The notes beneath the pieces were generated by a model. The model was not told the origin of the DNA. It saw nothing but the letters and a program-made list of their open reading frames with translations, and did no database searches. A stretch of 64,000 bases of DNA. Source: Bugula neritina (lineage: Eukaryota > Animalia > Bryozoa). The DNA is taken from positions 310,001 to 374,000 of the forward strand of contig OZ037765.1 in the NCBI GenBank assembly GCA_964035545.1, read 5' to 3'. Below are positions 10,803-25,800 of the stretch, one piece after another; position 1 is the first letter of the stretch; every line of letters begins with the position of its first letter. Position numbers and translations under genes: made by a program.

Positions 10803-13800
10803 TCACTTATAAAGCAGTGTGCTATCATCATCACTGGGAGGGTTAAACTTCCACCCAGCAGTTGTAGATGTCGTAAGATTACCAGATCCACGGCTATTTC
10901 TCGTTTTTGAAGGTTTACTTTCATACGATCTCCGGGAAACATCTAATGACTTCTCTGTTGGAACTTTTTCCCCAGACCAGGTATTCGAACCTTGAATATA
11001 TTAATATTATTGTTATTAAAGGTAAAGAAAGCCATGGTTTCCTTGAATCTGAGTTGTATAATATAGAGACAATCTGTCAATAGAATGTACACAAGTATAG
11101 CTGACCTAGATATTGTAGCTGACCTAGATACTGTAGTTGACCCAGATAATAGATCTAAAAAAATAGATTTAACAATGCTGCAGATAAATTAGAAACTGAC
11201 CAATAAAATCGCTGATGGTGTTTGTAGACTGGGGCAGTCCCTTCAGCATGTCTTCTTTCAGGGTGACAGTTTTTCTCTGACTACAACAAGCACGGCACTG
11301 TAACCTTCCTTCAAGGTCGTTAAATACGCTGCTCACAATACTACTTGCTATACCTACCTACCTGCTCACTATACTACTTACTACACCTACCTGCTCACTA
11401 TACTACAGCTACCTACCTGCTTGACTTCTTAGTTCCAGCTCTCGGACTAGTCAGCATACTGGCTCCTTTCACCGGAGCTAAATCTTCCTCATCACTCATA
11501 CTCCACATGGGAACTCTCTACCAACAGAGGTAGGAATGTCTGACTAGCATATTTAAAACAAAAGATTACACACTTGAGAGTTACACACTTGAGAGTTACA
11601 CACTTGAGAGTTACACACTTGAGAGTTACACACTTGAGAGTTACACACTTGAGAGTTACACACTTGAGAGTTACACACTTGAGAGTTACACACTTCAGGG
11701 TATAACTGAAGCTGATCTTACTCACAGGCAGATTCCCTGATATCTGGGAGACAGACTCAAACTCGTCGTCATCACTGTAGTAGGAGGAGAAACCAGTCCT
11801 GTCAGTAGTTGGCAGGTGTGTGGTCTGCTGCGTAGTCCTGACAGTAGTTGGCAGGTGTGTGGTCTGCTGCGTAAAGCCTACCACCATCACCGAAGAAGCA
11901 TTTAGTACAGTGAAAGATATATTATGGTAAAAACATGCAACTTCATATTCTGAGTCACCAGTGAATTTGTCACACCTTTACACTATAAGCTAATAACTTC
12001 AATGATTTACCCAATAGATCATTACATCTCCAACAATATTGCCTTTCACACCTAAATTTATTTTTCCGACTCTACCATTTTACACATCATTGTTGTTAGT
12101 TGTCTCACCTCTACTTTTAGACTCAGGATGTCTCATAGCAGGATTCTGCACCAGTTTAGCCCTAGAGTCTGTCCGGTGAGTAGCCCACTGATCTGACCTC
12201 ACAGAGCTTTGACCTTGACCCCTTGACTCTCTAGTCAGTGCGGTAGAAGTAGATGAGTCACTGTCTGACTCACGTCTGCTGTCCAGCACGACCTTGGCAC
12301 AGTTGGAGCAGACGGACATGTGAATCAGTGGCTCTGCTGGAGCAGCTCTTCTATTGGTCACTTTCTTCACCTTCAGCACAGCGATACAAGTATTGCAGTG
12401 TTTAAAGCATCAACTATTAGTGTGATATATACCAATAACACAGATGTCACAATATACGACTGAAACTAACTTGCTTCCTGTTGTCAGATGTCACTTTGAC
12501 ACCTTCGTCTGCCAGATCTTCTGCATCTTCAGTCAGTTCAGCAGAGCCCACTTTCTCCTCACCATCACTACTCACAGACCCTGAGCCAATACCAGAGTCT
12601 CTCTCCCTCTCAGCTCTCTTTTCTTGGAGGAAAACTTTCAGCTCCTGATTGTGACGAGACGAGTCTGCTTTTGGTCCTTTCTGCTTCGAATGACGTCTGC
12701 AATTGAATGACTTATGGATAGTTATCTGGTGACTCATGGATAGAATAAACTATTGACTTTAGATTCAACTGGATACTCATCTTACTTGACTACAGGTGGG
12801 GAGGGTTGGGCAGACGCCCGACTGACTGTCTTAGCAACTGGGATCTCAGCTGAGAGAAGCTCCTCTTCAGTCATAGAAAAGTCATCTCCGGTATCAGCAG
12901 TAGAGACTCCATTACTCCCTTTCTATAGAATACAAGTTACTTACTCTCTATAGAATACAAACTACTTACTCTCTATAGAATACAAGCTACTTACTCTCTA
13001 TAGAATACAAACTACTTACTCTCTATAGAATACAAACTACTTACTCTCTATAGAATACAAGCTACTTACTCTCTATAGAATACAAGTTACTCCCTTTCTA
13101 TAGAATACAAACTACTTACTCTCTATAGAATACAAGCTACTTACTCTCTATAGAATACAAACTACTTACTCTCTATAGAATACAAGTTACTTACTCTCTA
13201 TAGAATACAAGTTACTTACTCTCTATAGAATACAAACTACTTACTCTCTATAGAATACAATCTACTTACTCTCTATAGAATACAAGTTACTTACTCTCTA
13301 TAGAATACAAAATACTTACTCTCTATAGAATACAAGCTACTTACTAATACAGAAACTGTGCTCACCGGCAGCTATGATATCTTCAAGTAGTAAACTACTG
13401 ATATATTTATAATATACTAGCTACTAGCAGGAATTCTATAAATATGCTACAGGAAACGTGTTAAGCCAAGGATAAACAGGTGAGAGTGAATTATATCAGT
13501 AGAACTGACTTGAACTAGGAATACCAAGGTCATACTTGTCACCAGTGATCATTAACACAAGATATTACTGAGTTGTTGACAACCAATCTGTATGTTCACT
13601 TTGAGTAGAAATAACAGAGTGGCACAAGGTCTGGTGTAGGGAAATAACTCCCAAGTGCCATGACTTCAAGTTAGATTTGAATCTTGCAAGGTGAAACTAC
13701 TTGACATTGGATAACACAGATTTACTAAAGCACTAGCACTATATGACACAGTGTCACTACAACACTGTGACTCAGTGACACATGTGACTCTGTGACGCGG

Positions 13801-16220
13801 TGACACATGTGACTCAGTGACACGTGACACTGTGACTCAGTGACACGTGACACTGTGACTCAGTGACACATGTGACTCAGTGACACATGTGACACTGTGA
13901 CTCAGTGACACTGTGCTACAGTAACAATAGACTAAGTAACTTACTTGGAAAGTCAATGCCTTTGGTGACTTGCTGACGTGTTTACTTAGAGTTATCTCGT
14001 CGAAAGACTTACTCGTTAGTTTGACTGTCTTATCCCATTCTTTTCTCTCATCTGATAGTATCAAATAATCATTATATATCAGAGTGATACACAATATACT
14101 AGACTATTATATAATCCAACATTATATAATATGAGTATTATATAATATAGTATATTATATTGCTATAAAATATAATAATATACATAACCTAGTATAAAAT
14201 AACACATATTATAACATTATATATTCATGCCAACCAACTAGACGCTAGGAGAGAATATTATGCCCAACAACTGAGTAACAGTGAAGTAAATTGTATAGCC
14301 TTGCTCACCAGGTGAAGATGGTTTGGTTTTTCTACTATGAGCTCTCCAGGGCTTCTCATACTCCTTTGTGTCTGTAAATTATAAGACATCAACTGTCATT
14401 ACCCAAACCACACCTCATCAACTTTCCTACAGTTGAGTCTGTGATGGTAATTTAAATTAATGCAAAAAGTATCAGTTTTTTTCAATAAATAAATCGTGTA
14501 ACCTTACATAAATATTTTATGAACTGAATTTTACAATTCTACAACAACCAAACACTGTCTACACACTGTCTACACACTGTCTACACACTGTCTACACACT
14601 ATCTACACACTGTCTACACACTGTCTACACACAGTCTACACTCTGTCTACACAATAACAAAGTATTACCCGAAGACCAAGGACTTTTCGAAGCAGACTTT
14701 CCATCTGAAAACTCAACACTAGCAGATTTCTGTTTCTACAAACACAGTAGTGACATTTCAGTTTTTCTAACCAACACAGTAATGAATAATCTGATACAAA
14801 GCAAATAGTTTCAACTAATCTTCTGGTGTACCTGCTTTTGCTCTTGTATCAAAGAGGTAAGAAAGTCTAATGGGTCAGCAGGCATTTCTTTCATCAGTTT
14901 TCCCATCATGTTCTACATACATACAAAGCCATCATGTTCTACATACATACAATGTGGCTATTAATAGACTAGCATCAAGTGAGATAAACCGAAGTGAGAA
15001 TCAAACAAATTTCTACTTTCCCAATCACTTCACCTCGCAAACTGTACAGCAGCTACTACAAGCAGGTTGAACTGTAATCAAATGAAATGCCTTAATTTGA
15101 TTTACTTAAAACAAACAATAAAACTACAATGAGCTAAAAAAACAAACTCTTGTCCTGCTTGTATAGTAACATAATTTACTTGTGATTTGCAACTTCGTCA
15201 CAAATATTCTAAAAATTGAAAACTAACAGCTTGTAGTTGTTTCACTTTTTCTGCCATTTCTAAGGTTGACATTGAGATACTTTCTACAGGCTGACATTGA
15301 GATACTTTCTACAGACTGACATTGAGATACTTTCTACAGACTGACATTGAGATACTTTCTACAGGCTGACATTGAGATACTTTCTACAGGCTGACATTGA
15401 GATACTTTCTACAGGCTGACATTGAGATACTTTCTACATATTGACATTGAGATACTTTCTACAGACTGACATTGAGATACTAGGGAAAGCATCACCGTCA
15501 TTATGATCATGGATATAACTGCTTTCAAACCTAAATGCTCATCAAATTCGGAGCATGAGTGATTGGGAGTTTCAATATCACAATTCAAGTGAGGCAGTCA
15601 CTCAGCCAAACAGTTACACTTACTGTTGACTTTCGAATTTATTTTTATACCTTTTGGTATGGCTACGTTTAATAGATCTAACTACCAGTATCAGTGTTGG
15701 TGTAAAGTAAGTGGCAACCTTAATTTGCATATTCACAACAAATACTAACATAACATCTTTATAACTAAGAGTAAGTATCACTATTACTTATCAGTAAGAG
15801 TATTTTATTAGTATTAATATTATATTTAGTATAATTATAGTAGAAAGTAATGTTTAACTCATAGCTCTAGATTATTATGATTATCGGAATCATTATCAGT
15901 ATCACTATGAGTATGACTATCAATATGAATACGAGTATAAGTAGGTAATTCACTAATTGTAAGTAGCTGCAAGTGTACTGTGTTAGTGTAACAGTAACAG
16001 TAATTGTAAGTTACTGTTAGTCGTAGAGTGATAAAGTAGCATTAATAGGTTAACCTTTACGGTTTACCTGAAGCCTAAAGGCTAAACTTAAAGCCAAAGG
16101 CTAAAGTGCTAAACTAAAACTTTACTTTTGGGCTTTTCAAATTTAATTTCTTACCTCAAAAAAGGGGCCTATTCTATGACGCTTTAAATAACTTTCGACC
16201 TTCGTTGGGTGCGCCATCAT
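10803..16220 (-). CDS. C8orf34: C8orf34/VEST1-like protein with an N-terminal RIIa-type dimerisation/docking domain; multi-exon
   Basis: Exon 16220-16155 MMAHPTKVESYLKRHRIGPFFE plus exon 14912-14832 NMMGKLMKEMPADPLDFL match the recalled C8orf34 N-terminus ([31 protein letters not shown]). Later exons give YEKPW, WDKTVKLTSKSFDE, EDAEDLADEG and CSNCAK. The last three exons join in phase and end DDDSTLLYK* at 10803. Some internal exon ends are approximate. Confidence 0.8.
11566..11695. repeat. 15-bp minisatellite (TTACACACTTGAGAG)n, intronic
   Basis: About 9 near-perfect tandem units. Confidence 0.95.
12920..13345. repeat. 25-bp minisatellite spanning a minus-strand splice acceptor
   Basis: Unit CTATAGAATACAA(A/G)CTACTTACTCT, ~17 copies; the minus strand reads TTGTATTCTATAG|AGAGTAAGT. 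Confidence 0.9.
15257..15481. repeat. 25-bp minisatellite (TTTCTACAGGCTGACATTGAGATAC)n
   Basis: About 9 tandem units in intron 1 of the C8orf34-like gene. Confidence 0.9.
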
Positions 16221-16885
16221 AAATACTCAAAGTAAAAAACAATTTAAAAATGTAAATTGAATATAAATTTAAACAGAAGGGCAGCTGTGTATTACTATCA
16301 TTATGAAGAACGCTATAAAAGCGTGCAATCTCCAGGGGCAGCGGAAATCTATCGACAACCTGCGCATTTCAAACTTATTTTTTATTCGTCTGCAATTAAT
16401 AGGTCAATAATTGTTGTCTCACGTTGGTTTTGAGTATTGCATATATTCGATGTAAAGAGCTCATTGTTTCCCGTACAACTGATAATAAACAACATGGCAG
16501 TAAAGCTATAATTATAATATCGATATGAGATTGAAGTTGCTTTTTACGAATCCGATAAATAAACCTATAGTGCCATTCAACAAAGGAGTAGAATTACAAG
16601 GTAGTGAGTTTTAAACATTTTTATCAAAACTTTTTTAAGTGACGTAAATCAACATTTTTACACGTATATTAATGAAAAAATTTTTTGGTTCAAGCCAGCA
16701 AGTGCCAAGTGTTCAAGTCAGCAGCAGTCAACTTTGACTAATATGATTTACAGTATGCAATGTGTGATTTACAACATATTAAATAAAGTATACAATAAAA
16801 ATATATAATATAGAATATGAATTGTGTAATATATGTGTAATATGCAGTATAATAAAACATACAATATACTGTTTACAGTCTTGGG
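16221..16885. promoter_or_regulatory. Probable bidirectional promoter/5' UTR region between divergent genes
   Basis: Start codons at 16220 (-) and 16886 (+) are 665 bp apart. An acceptor at ~16878 and a donor-like site at ~16601 imply a non-coding first exon for the + gene. Confidence 0.55.
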
Positions 16886-19800
16886 ATGGCAGATAATAAA
16901 GAGCCAGTAGAGACGCTGAGGTTTCACGACTTCACAAATGAAAATTCTGATGATTTCGGGGTTGTCGCATCAGATCAGGAAGAAGAGTATGGTACGTGGC
17001 TACTTGTATACATAAGTCATATGTGCATACAAGCGTGACGTGACAGATATTCTAGTCCAGTGTGATACATACTGTCACACATACTGTCGCACATACTGTC
17101 ACACATTTCTGTCACAAGCTTATAGCTCAAGGTTAGCATGCATAACTATTATATTACATATGGTGTGTGACGTAGACCCGGTGAGGGACGCCAAAGACCT
17201 GCCCGACTTGTATCGCTACTTGGAGGCCCTCAACACGACAGAGAGTGACCTGGACGGTCCCCACGAGCCTCCCCAGCTGTTCAGTCAGCCCCAACACAAG
17301 CACAGTCGCAACAACATTCAGCTGCTGGCCTACGAGGCTGACGAGGAGAGAGTTCAGGAGTATGTCAGCGAGTTTGAGGCAGCGGCAGCAGATGAGATTC
17401 TCACAGTCGGCAAAATATCTCTGGAGGAGATACAGGTGTGTTCCATATTATATACTATGTTATGTAATATGCTATATACTATGTTATATAATATACTATA
17501 TGTTATGTTATATAATACACTATATACTATGTTATATAATATACTATATACTATGTTATATAATATACTATATACTATGTTATATAATATACTATATACT
17601 ATGTTATATAATATACTATATGCTATGTTATATAATATACTATATACTATGTTATATAATATACTATATACTATGTTATATAATATACTATATACTATGT
17701 TATATAATATACTATATACTATGTTATACAATATACTATATGCTATGTTATATAATAATATACTATATACGTACTATGTTATATAATATTATTCTACAGG
17801 AAGAAGAAAAGCGGCTGAGAGACGAGCACATTTCCTTCCAGCAACAAGAGCTTGCTCTGGAGCGAGAACGTCAGGAAGAGTTGCTAAAGGACGAGGAAGA
17901 TACAAAGAAAAGAGTTGCCACAGATTTGAAAGGTTAGTGTTTATTGAGAAGAACTGCCATGTTGTTGAGACTCCAACATAATACTTAGCAGATTAAGCGA
18001 GTGTTTTATGCCAACTGTCATGCTTTGCAGTTGACCGGCACTATGAGTGTGTTTAGTAAACTAAATTCCTATTGGGGTGAGTCTAATGGTGTACTTTGGT
18101 GGGTCACAAATACTAACCAAAGTAATAATATAGTATACTGTAATATTAAATTATGCACTCGCATGCGTGCCCTACCTGGAGTTGTCTAAACATGTGGTTG
18201 TCTGTCTGTTCGAGTTGATTGGTCCATTAGTTGCTCGAGCTGACCAATAAACAAGCGCCCTTACAGTGTAACCGCGGTGGCGCGTGATCGCTCACGCGGC
18301 AAACTTGCCTATTGACATTCTCATTCTGTTTGATACTGAGTAACTGTAAGGTCTCGCGAAAATATTCTTCTGAGTAAATTATTTTGTTGATATCAACTTC
18401 CTCCCAAATAACAACTATGAAGCTCAGTGTATGCCTTTTTCTTTTGTGCTCTGTGATGCTACATTTCAGTTTAGGTAAGTAAAACTTTATTCGATTGTAA
18501 AAATTCAAATTTGTATTTTGATATTCACATTGTTGTGTTACTACTTTAACTAATAACTTACAATTAATATTATCACTGAATAAGTGAATTACTATCAGTG
18601 ACTGTAAGTTACTAGTCAGGTACTACTAGTGAGTACTAGGACTTAGGAGTAGACGTACTCTTACAGTTACAGCTGTCAGTTATTCTATATTACTATTAGT
18701 ATTACCATTACTGTTAGTATTACTATTAGTTATTTCTATTCACTTTCAAGTTCAATTATTAAATTAAATTATCAATTATCATTAGTGTAAGTATTACAAT
18801 CACAATGACTCACAATCGCCATGTCAATTAGTAGCAAAAAAACTTGAAGTTGTGATACATTTTTAACTTTTAAAGGATATCACTGTTGATAATAATATAA
18901 GTAATACTAACACTAACACTAACAGCCAAGGGTGTTCATTTAGATTTTACAAAGGTGATTATATTTTCATAGGAAGACCTGTATCTCTGACCAATGTGAA
19001 TATCTCGTATAATGTTAAATTTAATATTTAATTTTGTTTAGAATAAAAACTAAAACTGTGCTCCAAACAATGCAACTGAATATGAATAAGAACTACTAGT
19101 ACTGCTACTATCATTTAATGTTTATACTACAAGTACAACTTTAAAGTGCTTTAACATACTCTACTAATTCTAGAGAAGTAGTACTTGCAGTTTGTATAAC
19201 ATCTGGTATTAGTGGGTGTAGTCACAAACTGGCCAGCTGTGATTTCATGTTTGACTGACTGTTCTGTGAACATATCACATACAAGGTGATCAGCTGTGAC
19301 CCTTAACCCTGCAAATCAACATATTTCAACTGAATAAACATAACAGGCCAGTATGACCTTTGTTGGTGACCTTTGATAGACCTCCTTCTCATTTGGTCCA
19401 GGAACACAGTCAAAGTCTATAAACGCTTCGTCCAAATTGCACATGAACTATTTAGAGGTTACTAAGATATAGTAACACAGCCACACACACCTGCCATTTC
19501 TTCTAATAACCTGCTATTTATTGTCAGTCTGATTATAACAAGAGTAGCTGTGACTAGTTACCACATTACACTAGAGTGGTAGTATAAACCTTTGTAAGAG
19601 AGGGGGAGGTTTTGCCTGAGCGGTTTTCCAATTCGTTAATAGCTATTCTGTCTCCACTGCTTCTTGCCCCAGTGGTTTTTATTCTGTACTCTCAATCTTG
19701 TGTGGGAGTAGCTTGTGGGGGTAGCTTGTAGGAGGAGCTTGTGGGGGTGAGGTTAGAGCATTGTCACTCAACTCCTTGAATGGTGGTAATTACACTACAC

Positions 19801-22800
19801 CTCTAGCCAAGTCAATTTACAAAATAGGAAATAATAAATAATACTCCAGTCTAGTATAAGCTAATCCATCAGTGTTGGTTAACATTGCATGATTCACTTC
19901 AGTATAAAGAGAGCTATGAATTAATTCACTCCTCTACTGCCATGGCCCCTATCTTACTGGCTCTCTGCCCCCTCTATTCTCACTCCAAGTTCACCTCCAT
20001 GTTCACTGTGGTGGTGTAAGAGCTACATTAGTTAATCAATAATTCCAGTTGTATTAGCTTGATCTCTCATGTTGCAACTCCACTGGGTAAACAAACTCCT
20101 AATATTTGAATAAAGAGGTCATTTAACACAAATACAAGACATAAAAGCTATCAATTGTCAAAACACAAACCATGGAAATGGAGTCTAAATTAAAAATAGT
20201 TTACAGTTGGGAACAAAAGACAGAAAGTACACCGGTATTGTAAATATACACAATGCTGGTGTAATCTTAGCCTGACTTGTTAGGGACTTCAGCTATCTAA
20301 AGGGGAAGTTCCCACATACACCCTCCTCTTAGTTAGGGACTTCAGCTATCTGAAAGGGAAGTCCCCACACCTACCTTCCCTGCTGCCAAATTCCCCTCAC
20401 TGCTGTGATTTCATTCCAGCTTTCTTGTTGGCAAACATCTGCTGAAAATACCATATTATACGTCAGCTTCTTTAGTAGTAGCTCAGCATATAGTAATATA
20501 CACTGTAATATATTCACAGCTCTCAAGTGCTACATACTATAGTATATCATATAGTAATATACACTGTAATATACTCTCTAGTACTACATACTATAGTATA
20601 TCATATAATAATATACACTGTAATATATTCTCTCAAGTACTACATACTATAGTATATCATATAATAATATACACTGTAATATACTCTCAAGTACTACACA
20701 CTATAGTATATCATATAATAATATACACTGTAATATACTCTCTAGTACTACATACTATAGTATATCATATAATAATATACACTGTAATATACTCTCTAGT
20801 ACTACATACTATAGTATATCATATAATAATATACACTGTAATATACTCTCTAGTACTACATACTATAGTATATCATATAGTAATATACACTGTAATATAC
20901 TCTCTAGTACTACATACTATAGTAAATCATATAGTAATATACACTGTAATATACTCTCTAGTACTACATACTATAGTATATCATATAGTAATATACACTG
21001 TAATATACTCTCTAGTACTACATACTATAGTAAATCATATAGTAATATACACTGTAATATACTCTCTAGTACTACATACTATAGTAAATCATATAGTAAT
21101 ATACACTGTAATATACTCTCTCTAGTACTACATACTATAGTATATCATATAATAATATACACTGTAATATATTCTCTCAAGTACTACATACTATAGTATA
21201 GCATATAGTAATACACACTGTAATATATTCTCAGCTCTCAAGTGCTACAACTGTATCTCGACCTCTGACCCCAAGTGTGAGGACAGATCTGCTGTGGAGT
21301 TTGTCTTCAGTCCTCCCCCAGTGGTGGATTGTGCCGGGGAGTGTGCGGTAATATACAATACTCATTATATATGTGTGTAATATATGGTCTATAGGGCTAT
21401 CTGCCCAGGTCACCTCAGGCTACCTGCTGAGGTCACCTCAGACTACCTGCTCAGGTCATTTCAAACTACCTGGCCAGGTCACCTGAGGGTTGACTACCAA
21501 CTTGTATTATATTTGATGTGGTTTTGCAGAAAGTTGTTGGCAAGGTTCTGGGGAACCAGGTGATCACGAGGTCTTGCGTCCCGATCTGCATCGAAACTGG
21601 ACTCAACATCTTCGGCACTGGCGCCTCTACTTCCTGTTGCGACACCAACAAGTGTAACTCCGCCCACCAGTCTAAGATCAGCATTGGCCTCCTCGCACTG
21701 ATGTCTACAGCTCTTGTTCTCTACAAATACTTCTAACTGTCTTCCAACCATGTGACTGATAGCATCCGTGTCACTATGTAACATATACTGACTCTCTGCT
21801 ACACACTTTCTCTGTGTGCTTCTCTTTCTATTAGATCTGTATGTTTCTATGTAGTATTTCTCTAATAAAGTTACTTGTTATATCTACTACATGTCATATT
21901 GCTTTGTGTGGGGCATTAATTCTCTCTCACCTTTCAAAGCAGCTGGGAAATATTTATATTAAATAGCTACACAGAGACTGTGACTGTACAGTAACAGTTA
22001 CTGAGTAACAGTAAAGTTACTGACTGAGTGGCAGTACAGCTACTGACTGACAGTACAGTTACTGACAGTACAGATACCCAGTCATCTCTTCACCAACTCA
22101 CAATATAGTTCCTCCCAGCTCATGCAGGGGTTTGGCTTCAGTTTAAAGTGGAGCTGAACTTAGATAAATAAATGCGAAGCCAGTTTAACTTGCGTCTTGG
22201 TGTACAGTTCACCAGCTCCTCATAAAGATCAAAGGTTATCAGTCAATGTTGGCTTGTCTTGTTTTTGTTGAACTGTGGGACATCTTATCAATTTCCAGCT
22301 GTGTTCAGGGAAACTATGAGTCATGCTTGTAAAGTGCAACTGTGAGAAAAATCTGGATTTTAGTAAATTATGTAACATCGTACGTCACAGTAATTCTCAA
22401 CACATGATGGGTTTATTAGCTGCCTTAGCTCCATCAAGTCTGTTAGGGTGGGTCATAGCTGGTGCCCAAAAGACTCTTGTACTATGTCAAGACTCCTAGG
22501 ACTAACTACTGAGACGTTCAAACTACATAGCTATATACTCTAACCCAAACGGGCATAACTGTAGACTCTTGGACCAGCAACTAGTTGTGGCTGGCTATTG
22601 TCCGTTTCTCCCTTCCTAGGAGGGGATTCCCCTAGTTAAAGGCTAAATTTCTTCATTCAAGCAAAAGCCTATAATGCTAATACAAACCAAGTATGCCAAC
22701 AGTGTGTTATAATAATATTGTATAATTATTGCTATTGACTGGCTAATACATAAAGTTACACCTATAAGCAACAGCCATTTGAATGCTGTTGATCACTTTA

Positions 22801-25800
22801 CCAGATTTGTTGGACAATAAAATGTCTGCCTAAGCATATTATTTTAGCAGTTACAACTGAAACTACTAGATGAATAAGAAAAACACAAGTTTAGGGTATA
22901 TTATGTTGCTAATCTAAACTAGAATATTATTAAATATATACACACTGTATAAAGTATGTATGTTATAGCCTATTACGTTATTATAGGCTATATTGTATGT
23001 AGGCCTATATGAAGTATGTCTATATGGATATACATGTCATTTCTTAGAACAAAGAAGAGTGCTGGCTAGAAAGACAGAAATAGCTAAACAGAGAGAAAGG
23101 ATTCAACTTGACTCGCTACACAAAGCCTTTAAAAGAGCAGAGAATAAGTTGACTACTAGTTTGAGAGCCGATGGAGGGATTGTAAAGGTAAAGAGATGTA
23201 TGGTGATCTCTCATTGGTTGATGATATTGTAGACTATGTATGGTGATCTCTCATTGGTCGATGATCTTGTAGACTATGTATGGTGATCTCTCATTGGTTG
23301 ATGGTGAATATGGAGGGGCTAAAGGGAGAAGATGGAAAGTAGATTGGATAAAAACTCCACAACCTGTGCAGCTGAAACTGAAAACCCTGAGAGGCGTGAA
23401 AGATAAGTTACCAGGTGAATATAGAACAGGGAGAAGGTACCAGGTGAATATAGAATAGAGAGAAGGTACCAGGTGAATATAAAATAGAGAGAAGGTACCA
23501 GGTGAATATAGAATAGAGAGAAGGTACCAGGTGAATATAGAATAGAGAGAAGGTACCAGGTGAATATAGAATAGAGAGAAGGTACCAGGTGAATATAGAA
23601 TAGAGAGAAGGTACCAGGTGAATATAGAATAGAGTGAGAAGTTACCAGGTGAATATAGAATAGAGAGAGAAGGTACCAGGTGAATATAGAATAGAGAGAA
23701 GGTACCAGGTGAATATAGAATAGAGAGAAGGTACCAGGTGAATATAGAATAGAGAGAAGGTACCAGGTGAATATAGAATAGAGTGAGAAGTTACCAGGTG
23801 AATATAGAATAGAGAGAGAAGGTACCAGGTGAATATAGAATAGAGAGAAGGTACCAGGTGAATATAGAATAGAGAGAAGGTACCAGGTGAATATAGAATA
23901 GAGAGAAGGTACCAGGTGAATATAGAATAGAGAGAAGGTACCAGGTGAATATAGAATAGAGAGAAGGTACCAGGTGAATATAGATGATAAAAGAATAAGC
24001 TGATTCTCTGTACTTTAAGGTGGGAGGTACGTTCTGATGGTCTCTCTCTACGACAGAATTGGTGGCTCAGTATTGAGATGGTCACGAATGAAAGGTCAGC
24101 AGTGGGGAGGGGCCACGCTGCCAATCATGCACGATGGAAACTTCCACAATTATGAGATGAAGGTAGCAACACAGGGCTGAGTTTATACTGTTTGTCTAGA
24201 TTTCCTCTGTCCATCACTTCTCTGAAGTTGAAGTACTTTACATGAGGTTTAAGGAGAAACTTTCTGTTACTCTAAGCTATCCCTGTTTCAGATTGGCCAG
24301 AGCGTGTTCACGGTGCTCCCACCACCAGTGTCTCTGAAGCCCAGCATGGTTCTGGTGTTTGAGCTCTTCCTACTCCGTGGATCTGTTGTGCAGACGGATA
24401 AAGTGGTGTCGTGGGGGTGTTTCCCGGTCTGCGACTGTAACCTGGATATCATACAGGGGAAGTGAGTTGTACTTTTACTCTCTGTGATATACCAGCTATA
24501 CTATTACTATACTATTAAATATACTATAATGTACTAGCTCTACTATTACTATACTAGTACTATGCTGTAACATATTATTACTCGCTGTACTCTAAACTGG
24601 AATATTGCAGATACAAAGTTCCGTTCCTAAGAAGCGAGATGGACAGTAAGATAGATAAACACACAAAGATAGAGAGACTCATGTCATCTGACCTTGACCA
24701 CTGGATGTGTAATCTCTACTTTGAGGTCATACAGCTACCCAAGTTAGTTTCTTTCTGATATCTGCAATGTTTGTAACCAGCGGCAATTGTCACGTTGATG
24801 GGATTGTTTATCTGTCACTTGCAGTACTAAAGTTACTTGCATTCTACTATATGACCATAACATGCTGATGGACCACCCATAAAGTCTGTCTGCTGTAGGT
24901 ACTTGGCTGGTCAGAAAGAGTATGAGTCAGAGTTACAGTTCACTGCAGACTTTCAGAACACTGGTGACAGCTTGTCACTTACTGGCTATGAGTCACCCCA
25001 CACACCTGCTGGAAACCTGCCAGACTCTGACAGGTATATTACATGTTTGCTCTGTATTGGATGGTGGTATGAGAGATTATTTATTTTTACTCTACGATAT
25101 ACAGTAAAACACCTGCCTAATATCTTCTTACCTAAGTAGCTGAGTGGGCTTACTAGCAAAGATGATTAGTATTGTATACTTTGTACTTTCATGCTGCAGA
25201 CCATCTACAAAGGGTAGTTGTCCACCAACAAGAAGTCTGGGACAGCAAAGAGTAGTTACAGCTGAGGCTAGACTACACACAGCGGGACAAAGAGTGTTTA
25301 CAGCTGATGCTAGACCACACACAGGGCAAAGTGGAAGTTATGGAGATCAGATGAGCATCCATCAAGCATTTGGTCCTGATGAGATGGAAAGGGTGAGTAT
25401 ATTGATAAGGTGTATTATGCAGCATAGTTACACCAAGAAGGTATAATATGCAGCATAGTTACACTGAGAAGGTATAATATGCAGCATAGTTACACTGAGA
25501 AGGTATAATATGCAGTGTAGTTACATTGATAAGGTGTAATATGCAGTATAGTTACACTGAGAAGGTGTAATATGCAGCGTAGTTACACTGAGAAGGTATA
25601 ATATGCAGTATAGTTACACTGAGAAGGTATAATATGCAGCATAGTTACACTGAGAAGGTATAATATGCAGTGTAGTTACATTGATAAGGTGTAATATGCA
25701 GTATAGTTACACTGAGAAGGTGTAATATGCAGCGTAGTTACACTGAGAAGGTGTAATATGCAGCATAGTTACATTGAGAAGGTGTAATATGCAGTATAGT

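Noticed and set aside
10676-10942. 88-aa minus-strand ORF as the last exon of the C8orf34-like gene
   Set aside because: Splice phase from upstream exons selects another frame ending at 10803.
12920-13345. Array of 3-nt microexons or recursive splice sites (TAG|AGA|GTAAGT)
   Set aside because: The implied introns are only 22 nt; simpler to explain as an acceptor-spanning minisatellite.
17040-17937. Long ORFs with MLYNILYT or YYILCYII repeats
   Set aside because: Real exons read through into an intronic 24-bp minisatellite.
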